From: an uncultured Planctomycetota bacterium
GTDB lineage: Bacteria > Planctomycetota > Planctomycetia > Isosphaerales > Isosphaeraceae
Assembly (NCBI GenBank): GCA_963737655.1
Contig: CAVTTN010000002.1
Coordinates: 1,888,001 to 1,952,000 of the forward strand
DNA: 64,000 bases
Reading direction: 5' to 3'
Within the stretch, counting starts at the first letter, position 1; each line of letters starts with the position of its first letter. A program made the translations under genes and the position numbers. The notes under the pieces were generated by a model, which was not told the origin of the DNA, did no database searches, and saw only the letters and a program-made list of their open reading frames with translations. Of this stretch, positions 1 to 9,681 are shown in pieces.

Positions 1-2
1 GG

Positions 3-404
3 GCCGAGATCCAGGCCGAGGGGGTGGCCCCGAGGCGGGTCCATCATTCCCTGGGAGAGACGCTGGACCCGCTGACCGGCCACCCCTACTCCACGCCCGA
101 GATCGCCGGCCACCTGAACGCCGGGAGGGCCTACAAGGGGGATTTCTCCCACTGGCACCACGAGACGTTCCCCGCCTCTCCCGAGAACCTCGAAGCCTAC
201 CTGAAGCCCGGGGCCAAGGTGAACGGCCTGAAGAAGCTGGACTCCGGCGGCGAGGTCGTCAACGAGAGCGTCCTGAAGCACCGGGGCTGGTCCCGCGAAG
301 AGATCCCCGGCATGCCGAAGAAATCGCGAGAGCAGGCCGAGGCCGTCCAGGAGGCCGTCGATCAGCATCTCAAGGAGACGAAGGAGCGTCTCCAGAAGGA
401 GTGA
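3..404 (+). CDS. C-terminal part of a hypothetical protein (starts upstream of the window)
   Basis: Frame open from the window edge to TGA at 402-404; host-like codon usage; no recognisable motif. Confidence 0.6.
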   Translation, partial: AEIQAEGVAPRRVHHSLGETLDPLTGHPYSTPEIAGHLNAGRAYKGDFSHWHHETFPASPENLEAYLKPGAKVNGLKKLDSGGEVVNESVLKHRGWSREEIPGMPKKSREQAEAVQEAVDQHLKETKERLQKE

Positions 405-419
405 TTCGGCCTTCGATCG

Positions 420-1295
420 CTACTCCTCGTCCTCCTCGGCCCCCTTCAGGTCGTCGGGCTTCAGGCCCATGTGCCGGGCCACGGCGACGAGCTGGTTCTG
501 CACCTCGAAGACCGCCGGCCTCGCCTCCGGGCTCGGGCGGAGGCAGGCCATGATCGCCTCATTGAGCGTCCCGGGAATCTCCGGGGCGAGCTTCATCGGC
601 GGCCGGATCTTGCCCCGATAGCCCAGGTCCATCTCCTCCGACCCCGGGAGGCCGGCATTGTTCACGTAATGGCCGGTGAACATCCGGTACATGGTCGCGC
701 CGAAGTTGTACAGGTCCGTCTTCTCATTGATCACCTTGTCCCGGGCCTGCTCCGGGGCCATGTATTGCGGGGTGCCCTGGACCCGGTTCTTCTCCTGGCC
801 CTTGATCCAGGCCGTCCCGAAGTCGATCACCTTCACCTCGCCGTTCTTCGAGAGCATGAGGTTCCCCGGCTTCAGGTCGCCGTGGAACACCCCCCGCCGG
901 TGCATGTGGGCGAGCGCGGACGCCACGTGGATGAACATCAGCACGAGCTGGCCGCGCTCGGGCATCTCCAGCTCGTCCAGGGTCCGGCCGTCGACGAACT
1001 CCATCAGCAATTCCACGCTCGCGGTCTTGAACCAGGCCTTCTTCACCCGACTGTCATGGATCTTCAGGATGCTCTTGTGATTGAGCCTCTGCGCGACCTC
1101 CGCTTCCTGAAGCGCCTGGTCAATATAGATATCATCCTCGGCCGACGCCCGCTTGACGACTTTCAAGGCATAGTAGCCGCCTTTTTTAACGTCGTTAATC
1201 TTGAGGATCGTGCTCCCGGCGCCGGTACCGAGCGGGCCGACGACCCGATATTGCATGTCCGAGAGCTTCAGGACGGGCGCGGTGGTCTCTGGCAT
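420..1295 (-). CDS. Stand-alone Ser/Thr protein kinase (non-RD)
   Basis: GTGAGS loop, YALKVV, HGDLKPGN, DFG, GTPQYMAPE. Confidence 0.93.
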   Translation of the reverse strand: MPETTAPVLKLSDMQYRVVGPLGTGAGSTILKINDVKKGGYYALKVVKRASAEDDIYIDQALQEAEVAQRLNHKSILKIHDSRVKKAWFKTASVELLMEFVDGRTLDELEMPERGQLVLMFIHVASALAHMHRRGVFHGDLKPGNLMLSKNGEVKVIDFGTAWIKGQEKNRVQGTPQYMAPEQARDKVINEKTDLYNFGATMYRMFTGHYVNNAGLPGSEEMDLGYRGKIRPPMKLAPEIPGTLNEAIMACLRPSPEARPAVFEVQNQLVAVARHMGLKPDDLKGAEEDEE

Positions 1296-1728
1296 GACCG
1301 ACCTCAGCCGCGGATGATCCGACGTCGATCGTCACGCGGAACGGTAGAGGGATCGAGCAATCCCCCGGGCGGGACGCCGGTCCGGGCCCCGGGGCTCCTG
1401 GCGACGGTCGGGAGCGGTGGGTGCTCCCGAGTATGGATGGAACCCAGGGTAATGCCTCCCGACCGGCGAATCAATCCTCGGGCCGTCGACCGCCATGCCG
1501 TTTTCCGCCTGATCGGGCGAGATGCCGGAACTTCGCCCCGGGCCCCGAGTTCCGCGACCGGGGCCCGGCGGCCCCGGATCGTCGCCTCATCCGACCGAAC
1601 CCCAGTCCGGCCCATGAGTTCGGCCTCCCTGGCCGGCCCGGGGCGGAAATCGACCCGAGCACGACGCCCCGGGCGCCTATGCTGAAGGGCAGACCGGACC
1701 GCGTCCTCACCCGGGAGACCCCTCGACG

Positions 1729-2220
1729 ATGACCGAGACCGCCGCCTTCCCCTCGGGCGATCCGGCCCGCCCCCTGGGACGGATTCCCAGCGGGATCTTC
1801 ATCCTGACCTCACGAAACGGCGATTTCCGCACCGGGATGCTCGCCAGTTGGGTCCAGCAGGCCGGGTTCGAGCCGCCGATGGTCAGCGTGGCCATCCGCC
1901 GCGACCGCTTCCTGGTCGATTGGCTGGCGGAGAATGGCCGATTCACGCTCAATCAGGTCGCGGCCGGGGACAAGGCCCTGCTCCGCCACTTTGCCCGAGG
2001 CTTCGAGCCGGGCCAGGAGGCGTTCGAGGGGCTGGACGTCCGCGAGACCGAGGGCGGGATCGTCCTGGCCGATGCGCTGACCTACCTCTCGGCCGAGGTC
2101 GCCGGCGCGATCGACGGCGGAGACCATCGCGTGATCCTCGGCCGGGTCCTCGACGGCGCGATCCTTGCGACGGACTCCGAGCCGATGGTCCACCTCCGCA
2201 AGACGGGCCTGCATTATTGA
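1729..2220 (+). CDS. Flavin reductase family protein
   Basis: GMLASWVQQAGFEPPMVSVAI and GGDHRVILGRV motifs; C-terminal HLRKTGLHY. Confidence 0.9.
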   Translation: MTETAAFPSGDPARPLGRIPSGIFILTSRNGDFRTGMLASWVQQAGFEPPMVSVAIRRDRFLVDWLAENGRFTLNQVAAGDKALLRHFARGFEPGQEAFEGLDVRETEGGIVLADALTYLSAEVAGAIDGGDHRVILGRVLDGAILATDSEPMVHLRKTGLHY

Positions 2221-2232
2221 GGGGGGGAGATG

Positions 2233-2418
2233 AACCGCCAAGACGCCAAGATCGCCAAGGGCAGAGGAGAGGAAGAGGAGGAAGAGACCAAGAGGAAGAG
2301 GTTCAAAACACAGATGGCGCAGATTTGAAAGGAAATTTCGTTTTAGATCTGCGTCATCTGCGTTTTGAACTCCCTCCTCCTCTCCTCTGCCCTTGGCGAC
2401 CTTGGCGTCTTGGCGGTT
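2233..2418. repeat. Nested long inverted repeat (about 186-nt hairpin element)
   Basis: Outer arms 2233-2273/2378-2418 (40/41 complementary); inner arms 2301-2330/2341-2370 (26/30). Confidence 0.9.
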
Positions 2419-2526
2419 AGCCTCCCCCGCTTCCAACGAATCCGGGCCCAACCGCTCGCAAGAGGGGCCGGATCGGGTATCATCGATATCCTGGGCTGTC
2501 GCATCGTTCCCCCCGGAAGCCTTTCC

Positions 2527-3120
2527 ATGACCGTGCCCGAGGGAGGATCGGTCACCCGGCTGATCCAGGACTTCCGCGGGGGCGACTCGTCGGCCTTCGA
2601 GGAGCTCTGGCGACGGTATTTCGATCGCCTGGTGGCGATGGCCTCGAAGCTGACGAGGAACCAGGGGGAAGACGCCGCGCTGGAGGCGTTCAACAGCTTC
2701 CATCGGCGGGCCCGCCGGGGCGATTTCCCGAACCTGGACGACCGCGACGATCTCTGGGTCCAGCTGATGACGCTGACCCGCCAGAAGGTCATCGACTTCC
2801 GCCGCCGGGAGCGCACCTTGAAGCGAGGCGGAGGGGTCGTCACGGTCCGGGAGGCCGACTGGCTCGGCGAGGAGGGGGACGAACCGCCCCTGGCCGAGGT
2901 CCTGGGCCGCGAGCCCGAGCCCGAATTCGCCGCGATGATGACCGAGCAATGCCGGACCTTGCTCGATCGACTCGGGGACGACACGCTCCGGGAAATCGCC
3001 CTGATGAAGATGGGGCTGAACACCCACAAGGAGATCGCCGACCGCTTCGGCCGCTCCCTGAGCTGGGTCAATCGCAAGCTCGACCTGATCCGCACCATCT
3101 GGGGGGCGCCCTCGCCGTGA
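2527..3120 (+). CDS. ECF-type sigma factor (planctomycete type)
   Basis: GSVTRLI, ELWRRYFDRLV, EDAALEAF, DRDDLW and a C-terminal HTH (THKEIADRFGRS); its stop overlaps the kinase start (GTGA). Confidence 0.9.
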   Translation: MTVPEGGSVTRLIQDFRGGDSSAFEELWRRYFDRLVAMASKLTRNQGEDAALEAFNSFHRRARRGDFPNLDDRDDLWVQLMTLTRQKVIDFRRRERTLKRGGGVVTVREADWLGEEGDEPPLAEVLGREPEPEFAAMMTEQCRTLLDRLGDDTLREIALMKMGLNTHKEIADRFGRSLSWVNRKLDLIRTIWGAPSP

Positions 3121-5654
3121 GCATCGCCTCCGACCGCCTGCTCGCCACCGTGCCCTGGGAGTGGAAGTGCCGCGTCAACGACGTGTGCGACCGCTTCGAG
3201 GACGCCTGGAGGGACGGCCGATCGCCCCGGGTCGAGGACTTCCTCGCCGATCCGGCCGTGCCCCCGGCGCGCCGCGCGGCCCTGCTCGGCGAGCTCCTGA
3301 AGCTCGAACGCGAGCTCCGGCAGGCGGGCGGGGAGAAGCCCGGCGCGTCGGAATACCTCGCGAGGTTCCCGAGCTACGGCGTCGTGGTCCGAGGCGTGTT
3401 CGGCGAGGACCGCGTGGGCGATTACGACCTGATCGCCCCGATCGGCGAGGGGGGGATGGGCGTCGTCTACCACGCCCGCCATCGCGGGATCGGCCGCGAG
3501 GTCGCCCTGAAGATGATCCGCGCGAACTACCTGGACGACTCCTCGGCCGTGGACCGCTTCCGCCTCGAAGCCCAGCTCGCGGCGAGGCTGGAGCACGAGG
3601 GGATCGTCCCGGTTTACGAGACCGGGCAGTCCGGCGGCCAGCATTTCTACGCCATGAGGTTCATCGCCGGTCAGAGCCTCGCCGAGGTCATCGGCCGTCG
3701 CCCGATCGACCCCATCCGGGCCGCGAACTACCTCGAAGCGGTGGCCCGGGCCGTCGATTTCGCCCACACCCAGGGCGTCCTCCACCGCGATCTGAAGCCC
3801 CGGAACATCCTGATCGACGCCTCCGACCGCGCCTTCGTGACCGACTTCGGCCTGGCGAAGGTGCTGGGGCAGGGGCCCGGCGCCACCCGGACGACGGACA
3901 ACCTCGGCACCCCCCCGTACATGTCGCCCGAGCAGGTCCGCGACCCGTCTCGCGCCGGCGTGGCCAGCGATGTGTACAGCCTGGGCGCGACCCTCTACGA
4001 GACGCTCACCGGCCGACCGCCGTTCGTCGCCGAGAGCCCGGTCGAGGTCCATCGGATGGTCCTGGACGAGGAGCCGGTGCCCCCTCGGAGCCGTGAGCCG
4101 AAGTGCCCGCGGGACCTCGAGACGATCTGCCTGAAATGCCTCGAAAAGGAGCCGGCGGGCCGCTATCCCTCGGCCCTGGCGCTGGCCGAGGACCTCGCCC
4201 GGTATCGCCTCGGGACGCCGATCCTCGCCCGGCCGGTCGGGCCGATCGAGCGGTGCCGCAAGTGGGCGAGGCGTCACCCCACGGCCGCCGCCCTCGTGGC
4301 GGTCAGCCTGCTCGCCGCCGCGGCCCTCGGCGCCGTGGTCCAGGCGAGGCGGACCAACGCCGTCCTGGACCGCAGCTACCATCAGGCGAGGGAGGCCGTC
4401 GATGCCCTGGCGAAGTTCGGCGAGAAGAGGCTGGCCGACCAGCCCGCGCTGAAGTCCGAGGTGCTCGATATCGCGCTCAAATATTACGACCAATTCTTGA
4501 GAGAACGCGGCGACGACCCCGCGCTGGCCGAGGAGCTCGCGGCCACGTTCACCCGGGTCGCCCGGCTCCGGAACGCCCTGGGGGCGAGGGCCAAGGCCCT
4601 GGAAGCCTATCAGCATGCCCTGACGATCCGTCGAGGGCTGGCCCGCCGATCGCCGGGAGACCGCTCGGCCCGCGCCGACGTGGCGGACACCTTCCACGAG
4701 ATCGGCATCCTCGAACGGGCCCTGGGGAGGCCGTCGGCGTCGATCGCGTCGTATCGCGAGGCCCTGGCGATCCGCGAGGCCCTCGTTCAGGACGACGCCG
4801 ACTGCCGGGCCGTCCTCGAAGGGATCGGGCCTCGCGAGCTCTCCCCGTCGCAACGGGGGGCCCTGGCCGACCTGGCGAGGAGCCATGGCTACATCGGCGA
4901 CTGGGAGCGCGAGGAGGGCCGCCCGGACGATGCCCGCGCCTCGTATGAAACCGCCCGACGGCTCCGGGAGGCCGTCCTCGCCGCCGATCCGAGCGACCCG
5001 GTGGCCATGCTCCAGGTCGGTCGGAGCGAGAACAACAGCGGCATCCTCGACCGCGAGTCCGGCCGTCCCGAACGCGCGATCGCCGATCACCGCCGGGCCC
5101 GGACCCTCCAGGAAGCGCTGGTGGCGATCGGCCCCGGGGCGTCGCGGGCCCGGCTCGAAGCGATCGGCCGGGCCTCGGGACGAGATCCGGAATACGACCA
5201 CGACGACTTCCGCGCCGATCTCGCCGCGACGAGGAATTATCTCGGGGTCCTGCTGACCGAGGCGGGGCGGACCGACGAGGCCCTCGCCGAGCACGAGAAG
5301 GCGGGGGCCATCCTCGACGCCCTGGCGACCGAGCACCCCGGCCTCTCGCGGTTCGACCCCGATCGGGCCTGGACCCGCACGTATCTCGGCGCCCTGCGAG
5401 GCTCCCGGGCCGAGCTCGACGACGCCCGGGCCCTCTTCGAACGGCTCCTCGCCGAGAACCCGAACCTCCCCAGGCTCCGGGCCGGCCTCGCCCGCAATCG
5501 GGCCGAGACCGCCGCCCTGGCGAAGAAATCGGGGCGGATCGAAGAGGCCCAACGCCTCCTCAAGCTCGCAAGACAGGCCCAGCAAGCCCTCCTCCGCGAA
5601 CAACCCCGCAATTTCGATTACCGCAAGGACCTGGAGAGGACGGAAGCCCTGTAG
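3117..5654 (+). CDS. Ser/Thr protein kinase with TM helix and C-terminal TPR repeats
   Basis: GEGGMGVVY, HRDLKPRN, DFG, GTPPYMSPE, one hydrophobic helix, then TPR-like repeats; GTG start at 3117. Confidence 0.93.
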   Translation: MSIASDRLLATVPWEWKCRVNDVCDRFEDAWRDGRSPRVEDFLADPAVPPARRAALLGELLKLERELRQAGGEKPGASEYLARFPSYGVVVRGVFGEDRVGDYDLIAPIGEGGMGVVYHARHRGIGREVALKMIRANYLDDSSAVDRFRLEAQLAARLEHEGIVPVYETGQSGGQHFYAMRFIAGQSLAEVIGRRPIDPIRAANYLEAVARAVDFAHTQGVLHRDLKPRNILIDASDRAFVTDFGLAKVLGQGPGATRTTDNLGTPPYMSPEQVRDPSRAGVASDVYSLGATLYETLTGRPPFVAESPVEVHRMVLDEEPVPPRSREPKCPRDLETICLKCLEKEPAGRYPSALALAEDLARYRLGTPILARPVGPIERCRKWARRHPTAAALVAVSLLAAAALGAVVQARRTNAVLDRSYHQAREAVDALAKFGEKRLADQPALKSEVLDIALKYYDQFLRERGDDPALAEELAATFTRVARLRNALGARAKALEAYQHALTIRRGLARRSPGDRSARADVADTFHEIGILERALGRPSASIASYREALAIREALVQDDADCRAVLEGIGPRELSPSQRGALADLARSHGYIGDWEREEGRPDDARASYETARRLREAVLAADPSDPVAMLQVGRSENNSGILDRESGRPERAIADHRRARTLQEALVAIGPGASRARLEAIGRASGRDPEYDHDDFRADLAATRNYLGVLLTEAGRTDEALAEHEKAGAILDALATEHPGLSRFDPDRAWTRTYLGALRGSRAELDDARALFERLLAENPNLPRLRAGLARNRAETAALAKKSGRIEEAQRLLKLARQAQQALLREQPRNFDYRKDLERTEAL

Positions 5655-5724
5655 GGTGCATGAAATGCACCAAACACGCGGCGGTTGTCGGCCGCAGCGG
5701 GTTGGTGCATTTCATGCATCCGAC
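5651..5724. repeat. GTAG-type REP doublet (REPIN), copy 1
   Basis: GTAGGGTGCATGAAATGCACC at 5651-5671 and an inverted variant at 5704-5724. Confidence 0.88.
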
Positions 5725-5743
5725 AAGGAGTTTTCCCCCGAGA

Positions 5744-7774
5744 TCACTTCGAACCGAGGTTCGCCCCGCCGTTGCGCTGGACCAGGGCCCGGTCCAGGGC
5801 CTTCTCCACCTCGGCGGCCTTGCGGATCTTCCGGTTCACGACCTTCCCCTGGCCGTCCACCAGGATCATCATCGTGGTCGAGTAGATGCCCATCTCCTGG
5901 GCGGGCCGGCTCTCCATGCCTCCCGGCTCGAAGATCGTGCTCCAGGGGACCGAGGCGGCCTTGAGGAAGTCGTCGAGGGTCGCCTTGTCGTCGTCCAGGC
6001 TCACGCCGAGGACGTCGAACCCCTTGGCCCCGAGCTTCTCCCTGATCGCCGAGAGCTCCTGAAGCTCTTTCTGGTCGGCCGATGAGCCGGCCCGGAAGTA
6101 GACGACCACGAACGTCTTGCCGCGGAGGGCGTCGGTGCCGGCGGGCTTGCCGTCGGTCCCCTGGCCGACCACTCGCAGGGGCTTGCCGTCGAGGTCCATC
6201 CGCTTCAGCGCGCCGACGGCCTTCTTGCCGGCCTCGGTCGTGGGGTGGTCCTTGGCGAGCCGTTGATACCACGTCTTCGCCGCGTCCTCGTCGCCGTTGA
6301 ACTCGCTGAGGCTGGCGAGCTGGATCAGGACGTCCGGCGCCTCGTCGGCCTGGGGGAAGTCCTGGAGGTATTTTTCGAAGTTCTTGAGGTACGTCTTCTG
6401 GGCTTCGAGGTAGTTCGCGCCCGGCTCGTCCATCTCCATCTCGAACTGGACGAGGATCTTGCGATAGGCGGCATACGAGCCGACCTTGCCGCCCTGGGCG
6501 ACGAACTTGTCGATCGTGGCCATGCCGTCGGGGAGCTGGCCGGTGCGGATCGCCTCGGCGAGGTTGCCGATGACCTGCTTGGTATAGGTGAGCTTCTCGG
6601 TCGGTTCGGTCGCGGCCGAGATCACCGCGTAGAGCAAGCGGGTCCGGGCGATGTTCCACTCGGCCACGGCCTTCTTGCCGGCGTCGGGGCCCGGAGGCCC
6701 GGCCTGGTCGAACTCGGTCAGGGCCTTGACCGCGGCCTCGAACTTCGGATCGTGGGGCGGCGTCACCCCGCCGATCGCTCCGCCTCCGCTGAGGAGGTCC
6801 GTCCTCAGGCTCACCAGCGCCCCGCCCACGGGATTGGCCGGGTCGATCGCCTGCGGGAGATCCAGGAACTTCCAGGTCTCGCCCACGCGGATCACGTCGG
6901 CGGCGCTCAGGAAGGCCATCTTGGCGGCCTTCTCGGGCGTCGTCCCCTCGGCCGGGGCGGGGAAGATCAGGGCGTTCTCGTACAGGAGGATTTCGGACTT
7001 GAGGCCCGGCGCCGAGTCCTCGGGGATCACGTGGGGCATGGCGCCGTCGAACCTCGCCCACTCCGTCGCGGCCGTCCAGCCGACGAGCTTGCCTCGAAGC
7101 GCCGCCAGGGCCTTCACTCGCCCCTCGGCCGCCGTGGCGACCCTCTCGACCGTCTTCGCCGGGGCGCCGATGGCCTGGAGATCCTCGGGCGTCGCCATCA
7201 CGGTGGCGAGCAGGTCGGGGTCATTGGCCACGACCGCCTGGACGAGCACCTTGCTGGCTTCCTCGGCCGAGATCCGGCCCCAGCCGACGATCCGGGAGGT
7301 CCGGCCGCCCCCCTTGAGCTCCTCGGGGCGGACCTTGGCGACGCGGGTGCCGTTGGAGTTCATCCATCGGACCTCGTCGAGGCTGCCGTCCTCGTCGGAA
7401 TCGACCTCGCGATAGACCTCGAAGCCGTCCTGGTAGTAGCTCCACTGGTCCAGGTGGGTGCTCGGCTTCTTCTCGCCGTCGCGCTGGGTCTTCTGGCCGT
7501 TGGTGTCGAGGAACTTGCGGAGGGTTCGGCCCTGGCCGTCCTTGAGGATGAACCCCTTGGTGCTGGAATCGACCTTGCACGCCTCGACGGCCGCCTTGAC
7601 GGCCGGGTCGTTCCCCTTCAGGGCCGAGGCGGGCAGGTCGTATTCGACCCCCTTGAACACCGGGTTGTACCGGGTCAGGAGGAATTCCGGGGTGATCTCC
7701 TGGGCGAGCGCCAGGGCCGGGACCAGCCCGAGCGCCGAGAGCATCACCGCCGAGGTCCGAAGCGAAGCCCGCAT
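5744..7774 (-). CDS. Secreted protein with TPR-like region and C-terminal redoxin (thioredoxin-like) domain
   Basis: Signal peptide (ALA-Q); DxDxDG-like motifs; C-terminal FDVLGVSLDDD...MILVDGQGKV redoxin pattern, no CxxC. Confidence 0.8.
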   Translation of the reverse strand: MRASLRTSAVMLSALGLVPALALAQEITPEFLLTRYNPVFKGVEYDLPASALKGNDPAVKAAVEACKVDSSTKGFILKDGQGRTLRKFLDTNGQKTQRDGEKKPSTHLDQWSYYQDGFEVYREVDSDEDGSLDEVRWMNSNGTRVAKVRPEELKGGGRTSRIVGWGRISAEEASKVLVQAVVANDPDLLATVMATPEDLQAIGAPAKTVERVATAAEGRVKALAALRGKLVGWTAATEWARFDGAMPHVIPEDSAPGLKSEILLYENALIFPAPAEGTTPEKAAKMAFLSAADVIRVGETWKFLDLPQAIDPANPVGGALVSLRTDLLSGGGAIGGVTPPHDPKFEAAVKALTEFDQAGPPGPDAGKKAVAEWNIARTRLLYAVISAATEPTEKLTYTKQVIGNLAEAIRTGQLPDGMATIDKFVAQGGKVGSYAAYRKILVQFEMEMDEPGANYLEAQKTYLKNFEKYLQDFPQADEAPDVLIQLASLSEFNGDEDAAKTWYQRLAKDHPTTEAGKKAVGALKRMDLDGKPLRVVGQGTDGKPAGTDALRGKTFVVVYFRAGSSADQKELQELSAIREKLGAKGFDVLGVSLDDDKATLDDFLKAASVPWSTIFEPGGMESRPAQEMGIYSTTMMILVDGQGKVVNRKIRKAAEVEKALDRALVQRNGGANLGSK

Positions 7775-8066
7775 CGGCGTCTCCTTGTTCTTGCGTGCGA
7801 TCGTCCTCGCCGAGGCTCCGCCCCGGCGATCCCCGCCGCCTCTCCGGCGCGGGGGGCCTTCCGTCGGTCTTGTAAGAAGCGACTCGCGACCCGGTCAAAC
7901 TTGCAACGAGCCGTCGCCGGATCGTCGCATCCGTCCCCGTCGTCGCGATCGCGGTCCCTTGCATTATCGGCAGGACCGGCCCCCGTCTGAAGCGATGGCG
8001 ACCCACCCGGCCCGAACGTCTGCAGACGCAATGCCATCGACGAGCACAGATCGGTTCGACGGCCTC

Positions 8067-8155
8067 CCGGGTGGCATGCCCACACTGACGTGGGCATGTC
8101 CTCGGTCCGGCGTTGTCCGAAGACATGCCCACGCCGACGTGGGCATGCCACTCGG
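8067..8155. repeat. GTGG-type REP-like doublet
   Basis: GTGGCATGCCCACACTGACGTGGGCATGTC (8071-8100) and inverted copy GACATGCCCACGCCGACGTGGGCATGCCAC (8122-8151); each unit is itself palindromic. Confidence 0.85.
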
Positions 8156-8169
8156 ATAACCCTTTCCTC

Positions 8170-9477
8170 CTACTCCACCGGGCTTGCCGACGTCCCCCGG
8201 GCGAAGGCGGGATCTTGCGGGGCCTCGTAGGCGATGGCGAGTCCGGGCGTCTCGACCTTCCGCGACCCCTCGGCCAGGGAGGTCATCGCCGAGTCGAGGA
8301 TCCCTCCCGTGAGCAAGGTCCGCCGGACCGGATACGGCGGCGTCCCGGTCGCCAGGAAGGCTTCGAGGGGCCGGCTCAACGCCGTGAAGAAGTTCGCCCC
8401 GGGCGGCGCCGGCAGCGTGAACAGGCAGGATTCGGCCTTCGGGCGCCCCTCCACCCGCCCGGCGAACGTGAAATCGGCGACGTGGCCGTTCAGCAGGAGG
8501 ACCGCCGCCTTCAGCCCGTCGCGATATTCGACCACGAACGCGGTGGGATTGGGGCAATTCACGCGGATGTCGCCCGGGTTGAGCGTCTCGCTCCGACCCA
8601 GGGCGTTCTCGAGCAGGTCCCACGACCAATCGCCCCGGTCGCCGGCCTCCCAGACGGCCTGGCCTCTCACGGCCGTGACGCCCTTCACGCCGGTCTCGCC
8701 GCCGGGACGGCGCTCGACGAGGCCCTGGAGCGTCTCCAGCGCATGGAAGCCATAAATCTCGTCCGGGCCATAGCCTGCGACGAGCGCTTCGCGATACGTC
8801 GTGCCGAGCGGAGGGTCATACTCCGGCCTCCTCCACGTGACCGGCAGGCTCGAACCGGCCATCAAGGGGCAATGGAGCCGCTCGGCCGTCTCGACCATCG
8901 TGCGGGCCTTCTCGGGGTCGTAGGAGAGGTGCTTGTCGATGAAGATCGGCACGCCCCGGCCCGACTTCGCCACGACGTCGGCCACCTTCTCGAACATCTC
9001 GAACCTCGGATAGAGCTTCTGGCCCTTGCCATTGCTCGGGTAGTCGCCGTGTTCGCCGATCAGGAGGACACCCTCGACGGAAAGCTTGCCCGTCCCGAGC
9101 GTGAGGGCATCGGCGACCGTCGGCGACTCGCGGACGCCGAACCGGCGGGCGAGGTCATGCCCCACGTCGTTCGCCGGCTTCTGGTCGCACCAGAGCGAGG
9201 CGACCTCGAAGGCCGGCTGATGATGGTTTCCCTTCCACTGGTAACCCCAGAGCATCCGGCCGACGATGTGGTAAGCGTGGCTCATGGGGAAATACGCGGT
9301 GACGACGGCGGCGATCTTCTTCCGGGCAATCCCGGGAGGATGCGGGGGAGGGATCGACCGGGGATGATCGTCGGCCCTCGAGGGGGATCCGAACGCGCCC
9401 AGGCCGAGGGCGGCGGCCCCCTCCAGGAAGAGGCGGCGGGACGGATTCGGCGAGAGGCCCGGTGTCTGGCGTCTCAT
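8170..9477 (-). CDS. Tat-exported hypothetical protein (oxidoreductase-like)
   Basis: SRRLFL twin-arginine signal; IFIDKHLS, LMAGSSLP and YGFHALE resemble Gfo/Idh/MocA-like proteins. Confidence 0.75.
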   Translation of the reverse strand: MRRQTPGLSPNPSRRLFLEGAAALGLGAFGSPSRADDHPRSIPPPHPPGIARKKIAAVVTAYFPMSHAYHIVGRMLWGYQWKGNHHQPAFEVASLWCDQKPANDVGHDLARRFGVRESPTVADALTLGTGKLSVEGVLLIGEHGDYPSNGKGQKLYPRFEMFEKVADVVAKSGRGVPIFIDKHLSYDPEKARTMVETAERLHCPLMAGSSLPVTWRRPEYDPPLGTTYREALVAGYGPDEIYGFHALETLQGLVERRPGGETGVKGVTAVRGQAVWEAGDRGDWSWDLLENALGRSETLNPGDIRVNCPNPTAFVVEYRDGLKAAVLLLNGHVADFTFAGRVEGRPKAESCLFTLPAPPGANFFTALSRPLEAFLATGTPPYPVRRTLLTGGILDSAMTSLAEGSRKVETPGLAIAYEAPQDPAFARGTSASPVE

Positions 9478-9566
9478 GGCGGAATTCCTCGGCGAGTTCG
9501 GATACGACCAAATCGGCCCCGCGCATGACTTTAGGGATGGACGGCCGCGAACGCAACGACCTGGCC

Positions 9567-9594
9567 TTGACACCCCGGCCGATCGGCGTAGCCT
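9567..9594 (+). promoter_or_regulatory. Putative sigma70 promoter of the sigma54 activator gene
   Basis: TTGACA-N16-TAGCCT. Confidence 0.5.
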
Positions 9595-9681
9595 ATTGCG
9601 TTGGGGCAGGCCGCTCCAACCGCCGAAGGACTCGCCGGGCCCTCAGGATCGGGGCCTCCGCTCAACCGGGACGAGTGCATC

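Noticed and set aside
2343..5603. 1086-aa minus-strand ORF and similar long ORFs (12020-14110, 17295-19382, 18934-21348, 48496-51270, 55081-58287)
   Set aside because: Antisense shadows of real genes; high GC suppresses stops and the products have no motifs
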